This document shows positions 44,897 to 55,151 of a DNA stretch of 64,000 nucleotides, piece by piece. The stretch covers positions 3,332 through 67,331 of the forward strand of contig CAIKHN010000024.1 of assembly GCA_903827265.1 (NCBI GenBank), given 5' to 3'. Source of the DNA: Candidatus Uhrbacteria bacterium (GTDB taxonomy: Bacteria > Patescibacteriota > Patescibacteriia > UBA9934). The notes below the pieces were generated by a model, which was not told the origin of the DNA, did no database searches, and saw nothing but the letters and a program-made list of their open reading frames with translations. Position 1 is the first letter of the stretch. Each line of letters starts with the position of its first letter. The position numbers were made by a program, and so were the translations under genes.

Positions 44897-46039
44897 TTAC
44901 GCTGCAAGCGCCTCAAGGCCCGGCATTGGCTCGCCGCCAAAAAATGCGAGCATTGCTCCGCCTCCCGTGGAAACGTGTGTAAAAGCATTCGTAAGCGCAA
45001 ACTCTTCAAGACACTCCACCGTTTCACCGCCACCAATAATACTTTGCGCCCGTGTATTTTTCGCAATCGCTTTTGCGAGCGCGAGCGTTCCGGCGAAACC
45101 ATCGCGATGATTTGTGATTCCCATTGGGCCGTTCCACACAATATATTTTGCCTTTGCAATAACCTCGCAAAACGATTCAATCGTTGACGGACCAATATCT
45201 GGAACAACATTTTTTGAAACAACGAGATCGCATGGCAAAAAGATCTTTGTACCAAATTTCTTTGCGATACGCTTTGCGCTGGCAACATCTTTTGCATTTG
45301 TAAATTCCGGAACATCAATGGGAAGCACTCCCAGATCGGCCTTCAACATTGTGAGCGCAGTTGCGCCACCAATCAGTATCGCATCAGCCTTTATACCGAG
45401 GCGATTCAGCAACGGAATCTTTGTTGCAATTTTCATTCCACCAAGAATAAGCACAAATGGGTGCTTTGGCACAACAGAAAGTGCCTCAACCTCGCGCACC
45501 ACAAGTTCGCCAGCAAAGCTTGGAAGATGCGACGTAATTGCGACGATGGACGCATGCTTCCGATGGCACACGCTGAACGCATTATTCACATAAACGTCCC
45601 CAAGCTTCGCGAGGCGCTTTGCAAACTCCGCACCATTCTTTTCCTCACCTTCGTCGAAGCGCAGATTCTCGAGCATCACTATTGCACCGGGCGCCATCCG
45701 ATCAATCACGCGCGCCGCGTCGTCAGAAGCGGTATGAGAAATGAATCGAACCGGATGTTTGAGTACTCGAGAAAGCGCACGCGCAACCGGCGCAAGTGAA
45801 AGCGCCTTCACCGATCGCCCTTTTGGGTCGCCAAGGTGTGCCAAAAGAATAATTCGAGCGCCTCGCGCTTTCAGTCGCTCAACTTCAGGAAGGATCGCCT
45901 TTAATCGATGTTTTCCGTGTGCAGACACGCGACCATCAACCATTGGCACGTTTGCATCAATACGCAACAACACGCGACTATCACGAGGGATATCGCGCGC
46001 CGTCCATGACCGAATGTTATGAAGTTTCGTTTTCGCCAT
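44897..46039 (-). CDS. pgk: phosphoglycerate kinase
   Basis: Motifs …RIDANVP…, GGGA…, …ILGG…; 380 aa. Confidence 0.9.
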   Translation of the reverse strand: MAKTKLHNIRSWTARDIPRDSRVLLRIDANVPMVDGRVSAHGKHRLKAILPEVERLKARGARIILLAHLGDPKGRSVKALSLAPVARALSRVLKHPVRFISHTASDDAARVIDRMAPGAIVMLENLRFDEGEEKNGAEFAKRLAKLGDVYVNNAFSVCHRKHASIVAITSHLPSFAGELVVREVEALSVVPKHPFVLILGGMKIATKIPLLNRLGIKADAILIGGATALTMLKADLGVLPIDVPEFTNAKDVASAKRIAKKFGTKIFLPCDLVVSKNVVPDIGPSTIESFCEVIAKAKYIVWNGPMGITNHRDGFAGTLALAKAIAKNTRAQSIIGGGETVECLEEFALTNAFTHVSTGGGAMLAFFGGEPMPGLEALAA

Positions 46040-47270
46040 ACATCACGACGCCTTTTACAACACGAACACACGCACGGAACAATGGAAGAACGGAAAAGAA
46101 ATATCGCGCATCAACAGCGCGCCGCAAGATGTAGGCAGTATACCCCCAGATTGGAATGTTCAGCACTCGTCCAACAGCATATTTTCCTCCAAGCGCAACA
46201 AGAATGTCCCAACGCTTTCGTGGCACGTACAACCCTACCGGACGTTTTGTCACCATCGAAACGATGTTCCGCGCAACAGTTATGGATTGCTCAACAGCGA
46301 CCTGCGCAGTTTGCGGATCAGGAAACGCTCCGTTATTTACAAATGCTGCGTCACCAAGAACGAACACATCTCGATATCCGAGTGTTCGCAACCCGTCATC
46401 AACAAGAATGCGGCCTTTCGCATGCCGTTCAAACGGTAGCGTCGCCACAATGGCCGGCATTGCTACACCTAACGTTGTGACACAAAAATCACACGCAATC
46501 GTTTCAATTTTTTCTCCAGGAACACCATCAACAACACGACGCAGTCCAACAGCACGTTCCGTCACGTTCGCAAGAACGGTATGCATTCGCAAGACAACAC
46601 CAAGATCCGCTAAACGTGCGCGCGTTTTGTTCTGAAGGAATGGAGAAAGCATTTTGAGTGGCGTATCGCCAGAATCCACCAGCATCACTTCAACCGATTG
46701 TTTTGAAATATCGCCGTGCTTTTCCATGGCGCGAAGTGTCGAGGCAAGTTCGGCAGCGAACTCCACTCCGTTTGCGCCAGCACCTGCGACAATGACACGT
46801 TTTGTTTTTTTCGATGCACTCTGAATAACCCCTAATAATTCTGACCGAATCAACAGCGCATCGCTTGTTCGTTTCAAGTCTCCTGCACATTGCTTTACAC
46901 CTGGAATGCCAAAGTCATTTGAAACACTTCCCATGCTCAACACACAAATGTCGTATGCAACCATGGATCCGTCGGCACAAAGAACAGTGCGATGAACCGG
47001 ATCGATTGACTGCATCGCCGTTTTCCGAAATCGAATGCGCTGTTCATTTCCAAGCGGAATATCCGTCGCAAGTACAAGATCGTCCGGAAGATGTTCGGCT
47101 GCAAATCCACCTGTCGCAACTTCGTACAGCCACGGCGTGTACACCGATGACGATGCCGGATCGATAACGGTTACCGCGAGATGACGAGCGACTCGAGAAC
47201 GGAGCAGTCGTTTTGCAACACTGAAACCGCCAAAACCACCACCAACAATAACGACTCGAGTCTGCGACAT
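46017..47270 (-). CDS. FAD/NAD(P)-binding oxidoreductase, type II NADH dehydrogenase-like
   Basis: N-terminal Rossmann VVIVGGGFGG and a second dinucleotide site VIVAGAGANGVE. Confidence 0.7.
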   Translation of the reverse strand: MSQTRVVIVGGGFGGFSVAKRLLRSRVARHLAVTVIDPASSSVYTPWLYEVATGGFAAEHLPDDLVLATDIPLGNEQRIRFRKTAMQSIDPVHRTVLCADGSMVAYDICVLSMGSVSNDFGIPGVKQCAGDLKRTSDALLIRSELLGVIQSASKKTKRVIVAGAGANGVEFAAELASTLRAMEKHGDISKQSVEVMLVDSGDTPLKMLSPFLQNKTRARLADLGVVLRMHTVLANVTERAVGLRRVVDGVPGEKIETIACDFCVTTLGVAMPAIVATLPFERHAKGRILVDDGLRTLGYRDVFVLGDAAFVNNGAFPDPQTAQVAVEQSITVARNIVSMVTKRPVGLYVPRKRWDILVALGGKYAVGRVLNIPIWGYTAYILRRAVDARYFFSVLPLFRACVRVVKGVVMYGENETS

Positions 47271-47279
47271 ATTGTGGAA

Positions 47280-47810
47280 TTATCCAAACAAAAATTTCAC
47301 CACCGCATTTGGCTTACGAAGATTCCCAAGAACGATCGCATTCAATCCAAAAGCATGCCCTGCTCCACCAGCGGCAAATACAGCAAGAACCGCAGCATAA
47401 ACAACATGTTCGTCGACATATCCCATTGCGGTATTGCTCGTGAAATGTGCAAGATAATACAACGCCATCAATATAATTCCGAGCATCGCAGCAGGACGTG
47501 TAAGCAAACCAATAATCAACGCAATGCCAAGAAAAAATAGCCCCCACTCGTTCGTGACGTCGACAAAACCATTTCCAGCCAAGGAACGGAACCATTCAGA
47601 AAATGGACCGTCAGCCGACGCGAGATACGACGCTGCGCTCCATCCACCGACAGAAATCTTCGTCCAGCCCGCAGAAAAGAACACACTACCAAGCACCACA
47701 CGAAGCGCAACATATGCTCCCCCAAAACTCTGCGCATGCGTTGCCTCTGTAAGTTTTCCAATGATCGATTGCGTTCGCATACGACTACGATAATCCAAGA
47801 CAAAGTTCAA
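47280..47810 (-). CDS. DoxX-like membrane protein
   Basis: Four TM helices. Confidence 0.5.
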   Translation of the reverse strand: MNFVLDYRSRMRTQSIIGKLTEATHAQSFGGAYVALRVVLGSVFFSAGWTKISVGGWSAASYLASADGPFSEWFRSLAGNGFVDVTNEWGLFFLGIALIIGLLTRPAAMLGIILMALYYLAHFTSNTAMGYVDEHVVYAAVLAVFAAGGAGHAFGLNAIVLGNLRKPNAVVKFLFG

Positions 47811-48783
47811 CTAAACTGTGCGAGTAGCCCCATTCGTTGTCGTACCACGCAACAACTTTGACGAGATTGCCATCAACAACGTTGGTAAGCGAGAGATCGA
47901 CGGTTGCCGAATGCGGATCGCCAATGAAGTCAGAAGATACGAGAGGTTCGTCTGTCGTTCCAACAATCGACGCAAAGCGTGGTGTTTTCACCGCAGCAAG
48001 GATCGCTGCATTCACCTCGTCGATCGTGACATTCTTTTTCAGGAGAAATGTCATATCAGAAAGCGACACCGTCGGAACTGGAACGCGAATTGAAAGTCCA
48101 TCGAATCGTCCCTTCAATGTAGGAATTGTTAATGCAACGGCGATTGCAGCGCCCGTTGATGTTGGAACGATATTCTCCGCGGCCGCACGACCTTCACGCA
48201 TGTCTTTCTTTGGCGAATCCACCAAAGCCTGCGACGCCGTGTATCCGTGCACCGTCGTCATCATCGCCTTCTCAATTCCAAATGCCTCTTCGATGATTGC
48301 CGACACCGGCGCAACGCAGTTCGTAGTACACGATGCGTTGCTTACAATTCCCGCTTTTTCGCTCTTTAATTTGTCGTCGTTCACACTCATGACAAACGTT
48401 GGAACATTCCCGCCTTTTGCTGGAGCCGAAATCACCACGCGCTTTGCACCAGCGGCAAGATGCACGCTTGCCTTTTCTTCCGTCACAAACAGTCCGGTCG
48501 ATTCAATAACAATATCAACGCCCAAATCCTTCCACGGCAATTGCGCAGGATCTTTCTGCGCCAAAAGCTTGATAGTTTTTCCACCAACAATAAGCGAGTC
48601 CTCGGTATGACTCACGTCAACATTCCACGTGCCGTAATTCGTGTCGTGCTTCAAAAGATACGCAAGCGTCGCCGCGTCAGTCAGATCATTAATCGCCACC
48701 ACGTCGAATCCTTTCTTTTCCCAACCCACCTTGAATACCGTTCGTCCAATTCTCCCGAACCCGTTAATGGCAATACGAGGCAT
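47785..48783 (-). CDS. gap: glyceraldehyde-3-phosphate dehydrogenase
   Basis: INGFGRIGR Rossmann motif and the ASCTTNC catalytic Cys motif. Start taken at MPRIAING (48783). Confidence 0.9.
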   Translation of the reverse strand: MPRIAINGFGRIGRTVFKVGWEKKGFDVVAINDLTDAATLAYLLKHDTNYGTWNVDVSHTEDSLIVGGKTIKLLAQKDPAQLPWKDLGVDIVIESTGLFVTEEKASVHLAAGAKRVVISAPAKGGNVPTFVMSVNDDKLKSEKAGIVSNASCTTNCVAPVSAIIEEAFGIEKAMMTTVHGYTASQALVDSPKKDMREGRAAAENIVPTSTGAAIAVALTIPTLKGRFDGLSIRVPVPTVSLSDMTFLLKKNVTIDEVNAAILAAVKTPRFASIVGTTDEPLVSSDFIGDPHSATVDLSLTNVVDGNLVKVVAWYDNEWGYSHSLVELCLGLS

Positions 48784-48810
48784 AGATACCAGTATTTTAG
48801 CACGGATCAC

Positions 48811-51153
48811 CTATTTCTTCTCAAGCCGTTCGCGCTCGCGCCGAACCGTCGGATCATCTTCGCCGTAAATCATTCCAGCCAATGTGATGAAATTTCGTAA
48901 TGTCTTAGCGTCTGTGATACCGAACTGCGTCCCGAGAAACGTTACGCCTCTTCCATTGACATCGATCCCCTTCCCTTGGTTGCTCCGACGATACTCTGCA
49001 AACCAATCTGCTGACGTAGGATACTTTTTAAGAATCTTTGGTCTCCATCCTTCAGCGCCCTCCAAACCGATTCGTAACAGCTCCATTTTTAATAACGGGT
49101 CATCAACGCCGTAAATTTTCAAACCGAGCTCGATAAAACCTCTCAACTTTATTGGAGTCTCAAAACCAAATCGCGCAGCAATATAGTTCACACCCCTTCT
49201 GTCGATAGAAATTCTTCCACCGACGCCTCCCCCGAATCCACTAAAAGCCTGCGCCATCCATTGCGCAGAGGTTGGATATTCTTTGAGGATCAACCTTCTC
49301 CACTCGCTCTCATCACTCCTCTCCAGACGCTTCTTCTCGGCGAGCAACACTAAATCCGCTTCACCATAAATCTTTAAACCCAACTCAATAAAATTCGACA
49401 GAGAAATGCTCGTCGCACGTTCCACTGTACCGAAACGTGCAGCCAGCCACGGAAGGCCGTGTCCGACACTTTTCTGTATGCTCAATCCATATCGTTTTTC
49501 TCCTTCAGCCCTTCGATAATACCCCTCCATCCATTCACGAGATGTTGGGTAATCTTTGAGAATTATTTTTCGAAGTTCCTTCTGCAATTTTTCCGGAGTC
49601 TGTTCACTAAATTGCCTTTGCGTAGCATCGTCAGATCCGTATACCACCTCCGCAAGTGCAGCAACTAATTCTTTTCTCGTTGTTAGGGTTATGCCAAATT
49701 GGGTTGCGAGGTATCTTGGTCCACGACCTAAAACATCAAGAGCAAACCCATCATGGAAAAGATCCTTTGCGCTGGGGTATTTCTTACGAATTTCCAGACG
49801 CCATCCCTCTGGAGCTCTCTCCATGAACCGACGCTCCGCTGCAAGAAGGTCAGGATCCTGCTCTCCATAAATCCTTTTGCTCAACTGCAAAAAATTCGCA
49901 CGAACGTACGGATGCTCACGCTGATGCATCCCGAATTGTATCGCAAGAAATCCGATCCCTCTTCCATCAACAAAAAGACATCTTCCAAGCTGAGCGCTAG
50001 GATTCCCTTCCTTATCAACGGCTCTTTCATTATACGCCTTAAACCATGAAGAAAATGTTGGATACTTCTTCAAAATAGCCTTTTTCCATTCTTCGGCAGT
50101 ACGCTCTCCTGAGCGAAGTTTTTCCGCCTGAAGCACCGCGTCCTCCTTCCCGTAAATTCGTGTTCCGAGCTCGATAAAACCTATAAGTCTTCTTGGTTCC
50201 TCCGTCACACCAAATCGCGTCGCGATCGACGTGAGTTTATGTCCTAACGCCTCTATATCGCTACCTTGATTGCTGTTTTTCCGATATTCCCCCATCCAAT
50301 CTGCGGATGTAGGATATTTTCGTAAAAGTTCTGCGCGTAACACCTCTCGACCTTCTGCGCGGACGTCGATCTTCATCTTTCGTGGCGTAACAGCGCCATC
50401 AATACTGTGCGTTAATGCATGTGCAAGTTTTTCTGCCCACTGATGATTTTTTACAACCTTAACGACGCCGTTCGGAGAAATCTCAGGAAGACGCTCTTTA
50501 TTCGTCGTCAATAACGTCGAAACTGGCACTCGACCACCAAGAACGAATGTTGCTTCGCCGAACTGATTACAGACCAAGATCATCCGATCAAGTCGAGGAA
50601 TATCAATCGCAACGTAGCTCACTTCCCGCATTTTTCCCTCGGGAGCATCGCCGGTTGTGACGATAATGTCGTCAAGAAAGATGCCAAGCGACTTCAGAAC
50701 GCTCATCACTTCTTCGAGTCTCGGCTCAAAACCCGCCTTTTCAAATCTTGTCTCATCACCGACGCTGATACCTCCAACTCCAGGCGACAACAACACGCCC
50801 TGAATGTGATTCATCACGAATGCTGTGTTTGTTTCTGGATTTTCGACAGCACGATGAATAACGCGTCGCAATGATGCGTCGGCGATATCCAACACATCGT
50901 TCACTTCTCGTGGATGCTTTGGCGCGAATGAAAGCGCGGCTTCGGCGTCACGGGTTGTGATACTCGACTCCTGCAGACTCGGCGACGTAAGAATTCCTTC
51001 CTCGACTGTTTCAAGCGCACCAATGAGTTGGTGATATGAGTCTTCCGATCCGTCGTATTTTCGAGCAATATTCAGCGCTTTTGCCATGGCGTCACGATAG
51101 TCCCGCGCCTCGGGATTTTTCTTGAGTTCTCGATAATCGAAAGATTCTGTCAT
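48811..51153 (-). CDS. 780-aa protein whose C-terminal two-thirds is an array of about 75-aa tandem repeats (…FIELG.KIYGE.DP…ILKKYPTSA.W…)
   Basis: At least 7 repeat units recognisable in the translation (LRKYPTSADWMGEY, LKKYPTFSSWFKAY, RKKYPSAKDLFHDG, LKDYPTSREWMEGY, LKEYPTSAQWMAQA, LKKYPTSADWFAEY …). No family recognised. Confidence 0.5.
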   Translation of the reverse strand: MTESFDYRELKKNPEARDYRDAMAKALNIARKYDGSEDSYHQLIGALETVEEGILTSPSLQESSITTRDAEAALSFAPKHPREVNDVLDIADASLRRVIHRAVENPETNTAFVMNHIQGVLLSPGVGGISVGDETRFEKAGFEPRLEEVMSVLKSLGIFLDDIIVTTGDAPEGKMREVSYVAIDIPRLDRMILVCNQFGEATFVLGGRVPVSTLLTTNKERLPEISPNGVVKVVKNHQWAEKLAHALTHSIDGAVTPRKMKIDVRAEGREVLRAELLRKYPTSADWMGEYRKNSNQGSDIEALGHKLTSIATRFGVTEEPRRLIGFIELGTRIYGKEDAVLQAEKLRSGERTAEEWKKAILKKYPTFSSWFKAYNERAVDKEGNPSAQLGRCLFVDGRGIGFLAIQFGMHQREHPYVRANFLQLSKRIYGEQDPDLLAAERRFMERAPEGWRLEIRKKYPSAKDLFHDGFALDVLGRGPRYLATQFGITLTTRKELVAALAEVVYGSDDATQRQFSEQTPEKLQKELRKIILKDYPTSREWMEGYYRRAEGEKRYGLSIQKSVGHGLPWLAARFGTVERATSISLSNFIELGLKIYGEADLVLLAEKKRLERSDESEWRRLILKEYPTSAQWMAQAFSGFGGGVGGRISIDRRGVNYIAARFGFETPIKLRGFIELGLKIYGVDDPLLKMELLRIGLEGAEGWRPKILKKYPTSADWFAEYRRSNQGKGIDVNGRGVTFLGTQFGITDAKTLRNFITLAGMIYGEDDPTVRRERERLEKK

Positions 51154-51230
51154 ACAAATGTTTCCTCTATTCTACCCTAAAACACAACACCGAGCCTTGA
51201 GACTCGGTGTTGTGGATTCGATATCGGAGA

Positions 51231-51821
51231 TTACGCGCCGAGCTGCATGCGAACCATGCGGCCGATGCGGAGGTTCTCACCAATTGATGTGATGTTCTCC
51301 GTGAGAAGCGCCTGAATAGTCTTCTCGTCGTCCTTGATGAACTGCTGTTCCATCAAGCAGATGTCGGCAAAGAACTTGTTCAACTTGCCGTCCAGAATTT
51401 TTTCGATCATTTCCGCTGGCTTGCCTTCCTGAGAAAGCTGTTCGCGGTACACCGCCTTTTCGCGATCGATCACGTCTGTTGGAACCTGGTCGCGCGACAC
51501 ATACTGTGGAGCGCTTGCCGCAATGTGCATGGCGAGATCCTGGCCGAAAGCAATGAACTTCTCATTGCGAGCCACGAAGTCCGTTTCACACATCACTTCT
51601 ACCAACACCGCGAGCTTATCGCCGTGCGTGTAAGCAAACACTTTTCCCTCAGCAGTAACACGATCCGACTTCTTTGCGGCCTTTGCAGCACCCGCAACAC
51701 GCAAGGCGTCGATCGCTTTTTCCATGTCGCCACCCGCTTCTTCAAGCGCACGCTTGGCATCCATCATTCCCGCACCACTCATCTCGCGAAGCTTCGCGAC
51801 GTCACCGGCAGAGATTGCCAT
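51231..51821 (-). CDS. tsf: elongation factor Ts
   Basis: N-terminal UBA-like LREMSGAGMMDAKRAL and the EF-Ts core. Immediately downstream of rpsB. Confidence 0.9.
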   Translation of the reverse strand: MAISAGDVAKLREMSGAGMMDAKRALEEAGGDMEKAIDALRVAGAAKAAKKSDRVTAEGKVFAYTHGDKLAVLVEVMCETDFVARNEKFIAFGQDLAMHIAASAPQYVSRDQVPTDVIDREKAVYREQLSQEGKPAEMIEKILDGKLNKFFADICLMEQQFIKDDEKTIQALLTENITSIGENLRIGRMVRMQLGA

Positions 51822-51833
51822 AGTGATATTCAA

Positions 51834-52709
51834 TTATTTCTTATCGGACTTCTTTGGTTCTGGTTTTGCTTCTGCCTTTGCTGCGCCAGCCTTCATTGCA
51901 AGCTCTTCCTTGGTTGCATCGTCCAAATCGTCGACAACTGCACGTGAGCTGTCGGTCAATTTTACATCGTCCTCGGCATTCACGCGAGCAATTGCGGCTG
52001 CCTTTTCGCTTGCGATTGCTGTTGCACGAGCCTTACCCTCCTTCACCGCTACTGCAATAAGCTCAGAAACCATTTCCAAACTTCCAACTGCGTCGTCGTT
52101 TCCTGGAATAACGTAACGAATACCGTGTGGGTTCACGTTGCTGTCGACGAGCGCAACCATCGTTACTCCCATGGTTGTTGCTTCGCGAACTGCAGTCTTC
52201 TCATGACGAGCGTCCAAAATGAACAATGCGTCTGGAAGCTTGGTGAGCGTAGAAAGTCCGCCGATCTTTCCTTCAAGTTCCTCAATTTCGCGAGAGAACT
52301 GAAGCTGCTCAAGTTTGGTGTACTTCTTGAGTTCGCCCTTTGCTGACTTGTCCTTGAGGTCCAAGTAGTGACGAATCAGGCGCTGGATTTGCGCGAAGTT
52401 CGTGAGTGTTCCACCCAACCAACGCGTGTTGATGTATGGCATTCCTGCTTCCTTCGCACATGCCTCAACGATTGGCTGCGCCTGGCGTTTGGTGCCAACG
52501 AAGACGATCACGCCGCCACGAGCCGTGGTTTCGGTGACGAATGTCATTGCGCGCTCCAACTGCGTCTGTGTCTTCTCAATGTCGATGATGTGCACACCAC
52601 CGCGCTCGCCGAAAATGAATTGCTTCATTTTTGGGTGCCAGCGGCTGGACTGGTGACCGAAGTGAACACCTGCCTTAAGCATTTCAAGTAACGTAGGCAT
52701 CTTTGCCAT
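51834..52709 (-). CDS. rpsB: 30S ribosomal protein S2
   Basis: Begins MAKMPTLLEMLKAGVHFGHQSSRWHPKM; start 52709. The upstream track extension is non-coding and repeat-derived. Confidence 0.9.
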   Translation of the reverse strand: MAKMPTLLEMLKAGVHFGHQSSRWHPKMKQFIFGERGGVHIIDIEKTQTQLERAMTFVTETTARGGVIVFVGTKRQAQPIVEACAKEAGMPYINTRWLGGTLTNFAQIQRLIRHYLDLKDKSAKGELKKYTKLEQLQFSREIEELEGKIGGLSTLTKLPDALFILDARHEKTAVREATTMGVTMVALVDSNVNPHGIRYVIPGNDDAVGSLEMVSELIAVAVKEGKARATAIASEKAAAIARVNAEDDVKLTDSSRAVVDDLDDATKEELAMKAGAAKAEAKPEPKKSDKK

Positions 52710-52732
52710 ATGAATATATCGAACACAGAGCA

Positions 52733-52850
52733 TTTGAGACCAGTTTCGATGAAGGTCGAGGAAATCTCGCGAGGCGTACTTCTCGGTACGTTGAGCGAAT
52801 TTCCGATGACCTGAATCGAAAATGGGCCAAATGAATGTGTTCGTCCTTTT
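52733..52850. repeat. family B repeat copy 2 (degenerate; lacks the left terminal repeat)
   Basis: cagtttcgatgaaggtcgaggaaatctcgcgaggcgtacttctcggtacgttgagcgaatttccgatgacctgaatcgaaaatgggc aligns with the interior of copy 1. It lies 24-140 nt upstream of the rpsB start. Confidence 0.55.
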
Positions 52851-53230
52851 TAACCTCGGCCGTCGTATCGTGGAGCCCTTTTCTGCGAAGGGAGGAATCC
52901 AATCGATGATGTATCGACAACCTGTGAGATTTGCGTAAATAAGTGCCCGCAGAAGACGGCAGAATAGTACTAAAGTCCGCAAAATTTTGCAAATGAAACG
53001 CGAAAGCCGCCGGTTGCGTCCCGGCGGCCCACTTTCGGTCAGCAGCACGAATCATCACCGTAATCTCGCCAGAAGCTAGGCGCTGACCTTTCACGCTCCT
53101 TGCGCCTCTGCTTCACCACCGGAGCGACCCATTCCTTGAAGTTCAGAATGTACGTAAGGAAGCTCCTCACGATACGCAGATTTCCATCGCGCATGAAGTC
53201 TTCCTCATCGAGGACGTAGTACTCGCGCCA

Positions 53231-53446
53231 CTATCCATCAACGCGGGAAATCGCCTCGAATACTTCAATGGAATCGGCGAGTACACTATTTAACCCGAAG
53301 CGGCGTCCACCGCGGTTCGCGACCGAAGTCCCCAGTGGTGCCGATTGAAGGGACCGGTACTCGGGTGAACCGAGCAACTCCTCGTCGGTATACCGACGGT
53401 CATTGCGGAAGGGGACGTCGGAGACTTCAGGATCGTTCGACGACAT
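53231..53446 (-). CDS. hypothetical small protein (G+C-rich islet)
   Basis: 71-aa ORF downstream of the receiver gene with GC3-biased codons. Confidence 0.25.
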   Translation of the reverse strand: MSSNDPEVSDVPFRNDRRYTDEELLGSPEYRSLQSAPLGTSVANRGGRRFGLNSVLADSIEVFEAISRVDG

Positions 53447-53582
53447 GGGTCACCATGGTGAGAGAGGCGGTGTTCTGAAGCGAAGGATTTCGCCGGAACT
53501 GTGAAATATTCTCAGATATTCGCCAAAAAGGCAAGACCGCCGAGTGTCGTACTCGGCGGCCCCGTTGCCTGGACACTCTTTT

Positions 53583-54029
53583 TCACAGCTCCCCCGTCCG
53601 CGACTGTGGCTTCGGTGGAGGCTGATGCTCACGCTCGAGCTGATCGAGGAGATCGCTGAGCCAGCGTACCGTCCGCGGCATAGCAACGACGAATCCTCCG
53701 GAATCGCTGACGAGCTGACGCAGCCAGTCCCGGTCCGTGTACATGAGGTACACGAACGGGACATTGACCACGTTCATGTGAATCCCTCGTTGCTTGTGGA
53801 ACTCCGCACCCAGTAGTCCATGACACCGATGCTCGACCGGACCAGTGCGATCGTCCGTCACGACAAGCGCGAGCTGATCCCCGAGCTTGGCGAACTGCGT
53901 AATTGCGTCTTCGAAGTCGCCCGTCGGTCGCACGTCCCAGCCCACAGCTAGAAGCGCTTCCGCGAAAAGCAGTCGCGTTGCCTGGTCTTCGATGTAGAGC
54001 AAGACTCCTTTCCGATTCCGAGCAGCCAT
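53583..54029 (-). CDS. stand-alone CheY-like receiver-domain protein
   Basis: Start ATG 54029 with a GGAGGTG RBS. VLLYIEDQ…LVVTDDR fits the receiver acidic pocket and phospho-acceptor Asp pattern. No output domain. Confidence 0.5.
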   Translation of the reverse strand: MAARNRKGVLLYIEDQATRLLFAEALLAVGWDVRPTGDFEDAITQFAKLGDQLALVVTDDRTGPVEHRCHGLLGAEFHKQRGIHMNVVNVPFVYLMYTDRDWLRQLVSDSGGFVVAMPRTVRWLSDLLDQLEREHQPPPKPQSRTGEL

Positions 54030-54079
54030 GTTCGCACCTCCAAAAATACTGTTACACGACAAAAGCGCTAATGCAAGCC

Positions 54080-55078
54080 TCAGCGAATGAACATGGCGTC
54101 GCCAAAGGAGAAGAAACGATATCGACAATCGACAGCCTCTTGGTACGCAGCAAGAACGTTTTCGCGGCCGGCAAAGGCGGAAACAAGCATGAGGAGCGTC
54201 GATTTTGGGAGATGGAAATTCGTGACGAGACCATCAACGACTTTGAAATCGAATCCCGGCGTGATGAACATGTTTATTTCGCCGGAGTAGGATTTAAGCT
54301 CGCCGATCGTCGCAAAAACGCCCTCAAGAACGCGAACGGTCGTTGTTCCAACGGCAATCACGCGTCGGCCTTCGGACTTTGCTGATCGAATTCGCTGTGC
54401 GGTCGGCTCATCGATCTCCACAAACTCGGCGTGCATCACGTGGTCCTCGATGTGATCGGTCTGTACTGGACGAAACGTGCCGATGCCAACATGAAGTGTG
54501 ACTTCTTCGATCTGCACGCCTTTTGCTCGTGCTCGATCGATGAGTTCGGGAGTGAAGTGAAGCCCGGCGGTTGGCGCAGCAACAGATCCGGTCGACTTCG
54601 CATAAACGGTTTGGTAGCGATCGGGATCGGCGAGCTCAGTGGTGACGTACGGTGGAGTTGGTACCGATCCTGCAGATTCGCAGAACGCGAACATCTCAAT
54701 CGCCGTCATCGAAGTTTTTAGCGTCACGATCCCGTCTTCCGTCTTTGAGACGACCTCGAGATCGCCGATTCTGAAACCGATCCCCGCTTTTCGTCCTGGC
54801 TTCACCAGAGCGTCGATCTCCCCATCGCGAACCTTGAGAACAAACACTTCAAAGCCGTCGATTTGAAGGCGGGCTTTAAATACCTTCGAAACATTAAACA
54901 CAAGAACATCGCCCGCGTTCAGCTCGTCGAGAATTTCGGAGAACCGATCGCGATGTTGAATTTCGCCAGTCGTTCGATCGAGCACAAGGAGTCTCGAAGA
55001 ATCCCGCGGTTCGATAGGAACCTGGGCGATCAGCTCCTCTGGAAGATTGTATGAAAAATCGGTGACGGGCGTTAGCAT
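54080..55078 (-). CDS. queA: S-adenosylmethionine:tRNA ribosyltransferase-isomerase
   Basis: QueA blocks (…LPEELIAQVP…RDSSRLLVLDR…, …TVGTTTVRVLE…). Start taken at MLTPVTD (55078). Confidence 0.85.
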   Translation of the reverse strand: MLTPVTDFSYNLPEELIAQVPIEPRDSSRLLVLDRTTGEIQHRDRFSEILDELNAGDVLVFNVSKVFKARLQIDGFEVFVLKVRDGEIDALVKPGRKAGIGFRIGDLEVVSKTEDGIVTLKTSMTAIEMFAFCESAGSVPTPPYVTTELADPDRYQTVYAKSTGSVAAPTAGLHFTPELIDRARAKGVQIEEVTLHVGIGTFRPVQTDHIEDHVMHAEFVEIDEPTAQRIRSAKSEGRRVIAVGTTTVRVLEGVFATIGELKSYSGEINMFITPGFDFKVVDGLVTNFHLPKSTLLMLVSAFAGRENVLAAYQEAVDCRYRFFSFGDAMFIR

Positions 55079-55151
55079 AATGGGCGAATTATAGCGAAAT
55101 ATTTGTTTTTCAACAAGAATACTGTTACCATCGCACTGCACAGGAGTCCAC

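Noticed and set aside
51834-53048. 404-aa version of rpsB in the ORF track
   Set aside because: S2 begins at MAKMPTLLEML (52709). The upstream 113 codons run through the family B repeat and intergenic DNA.
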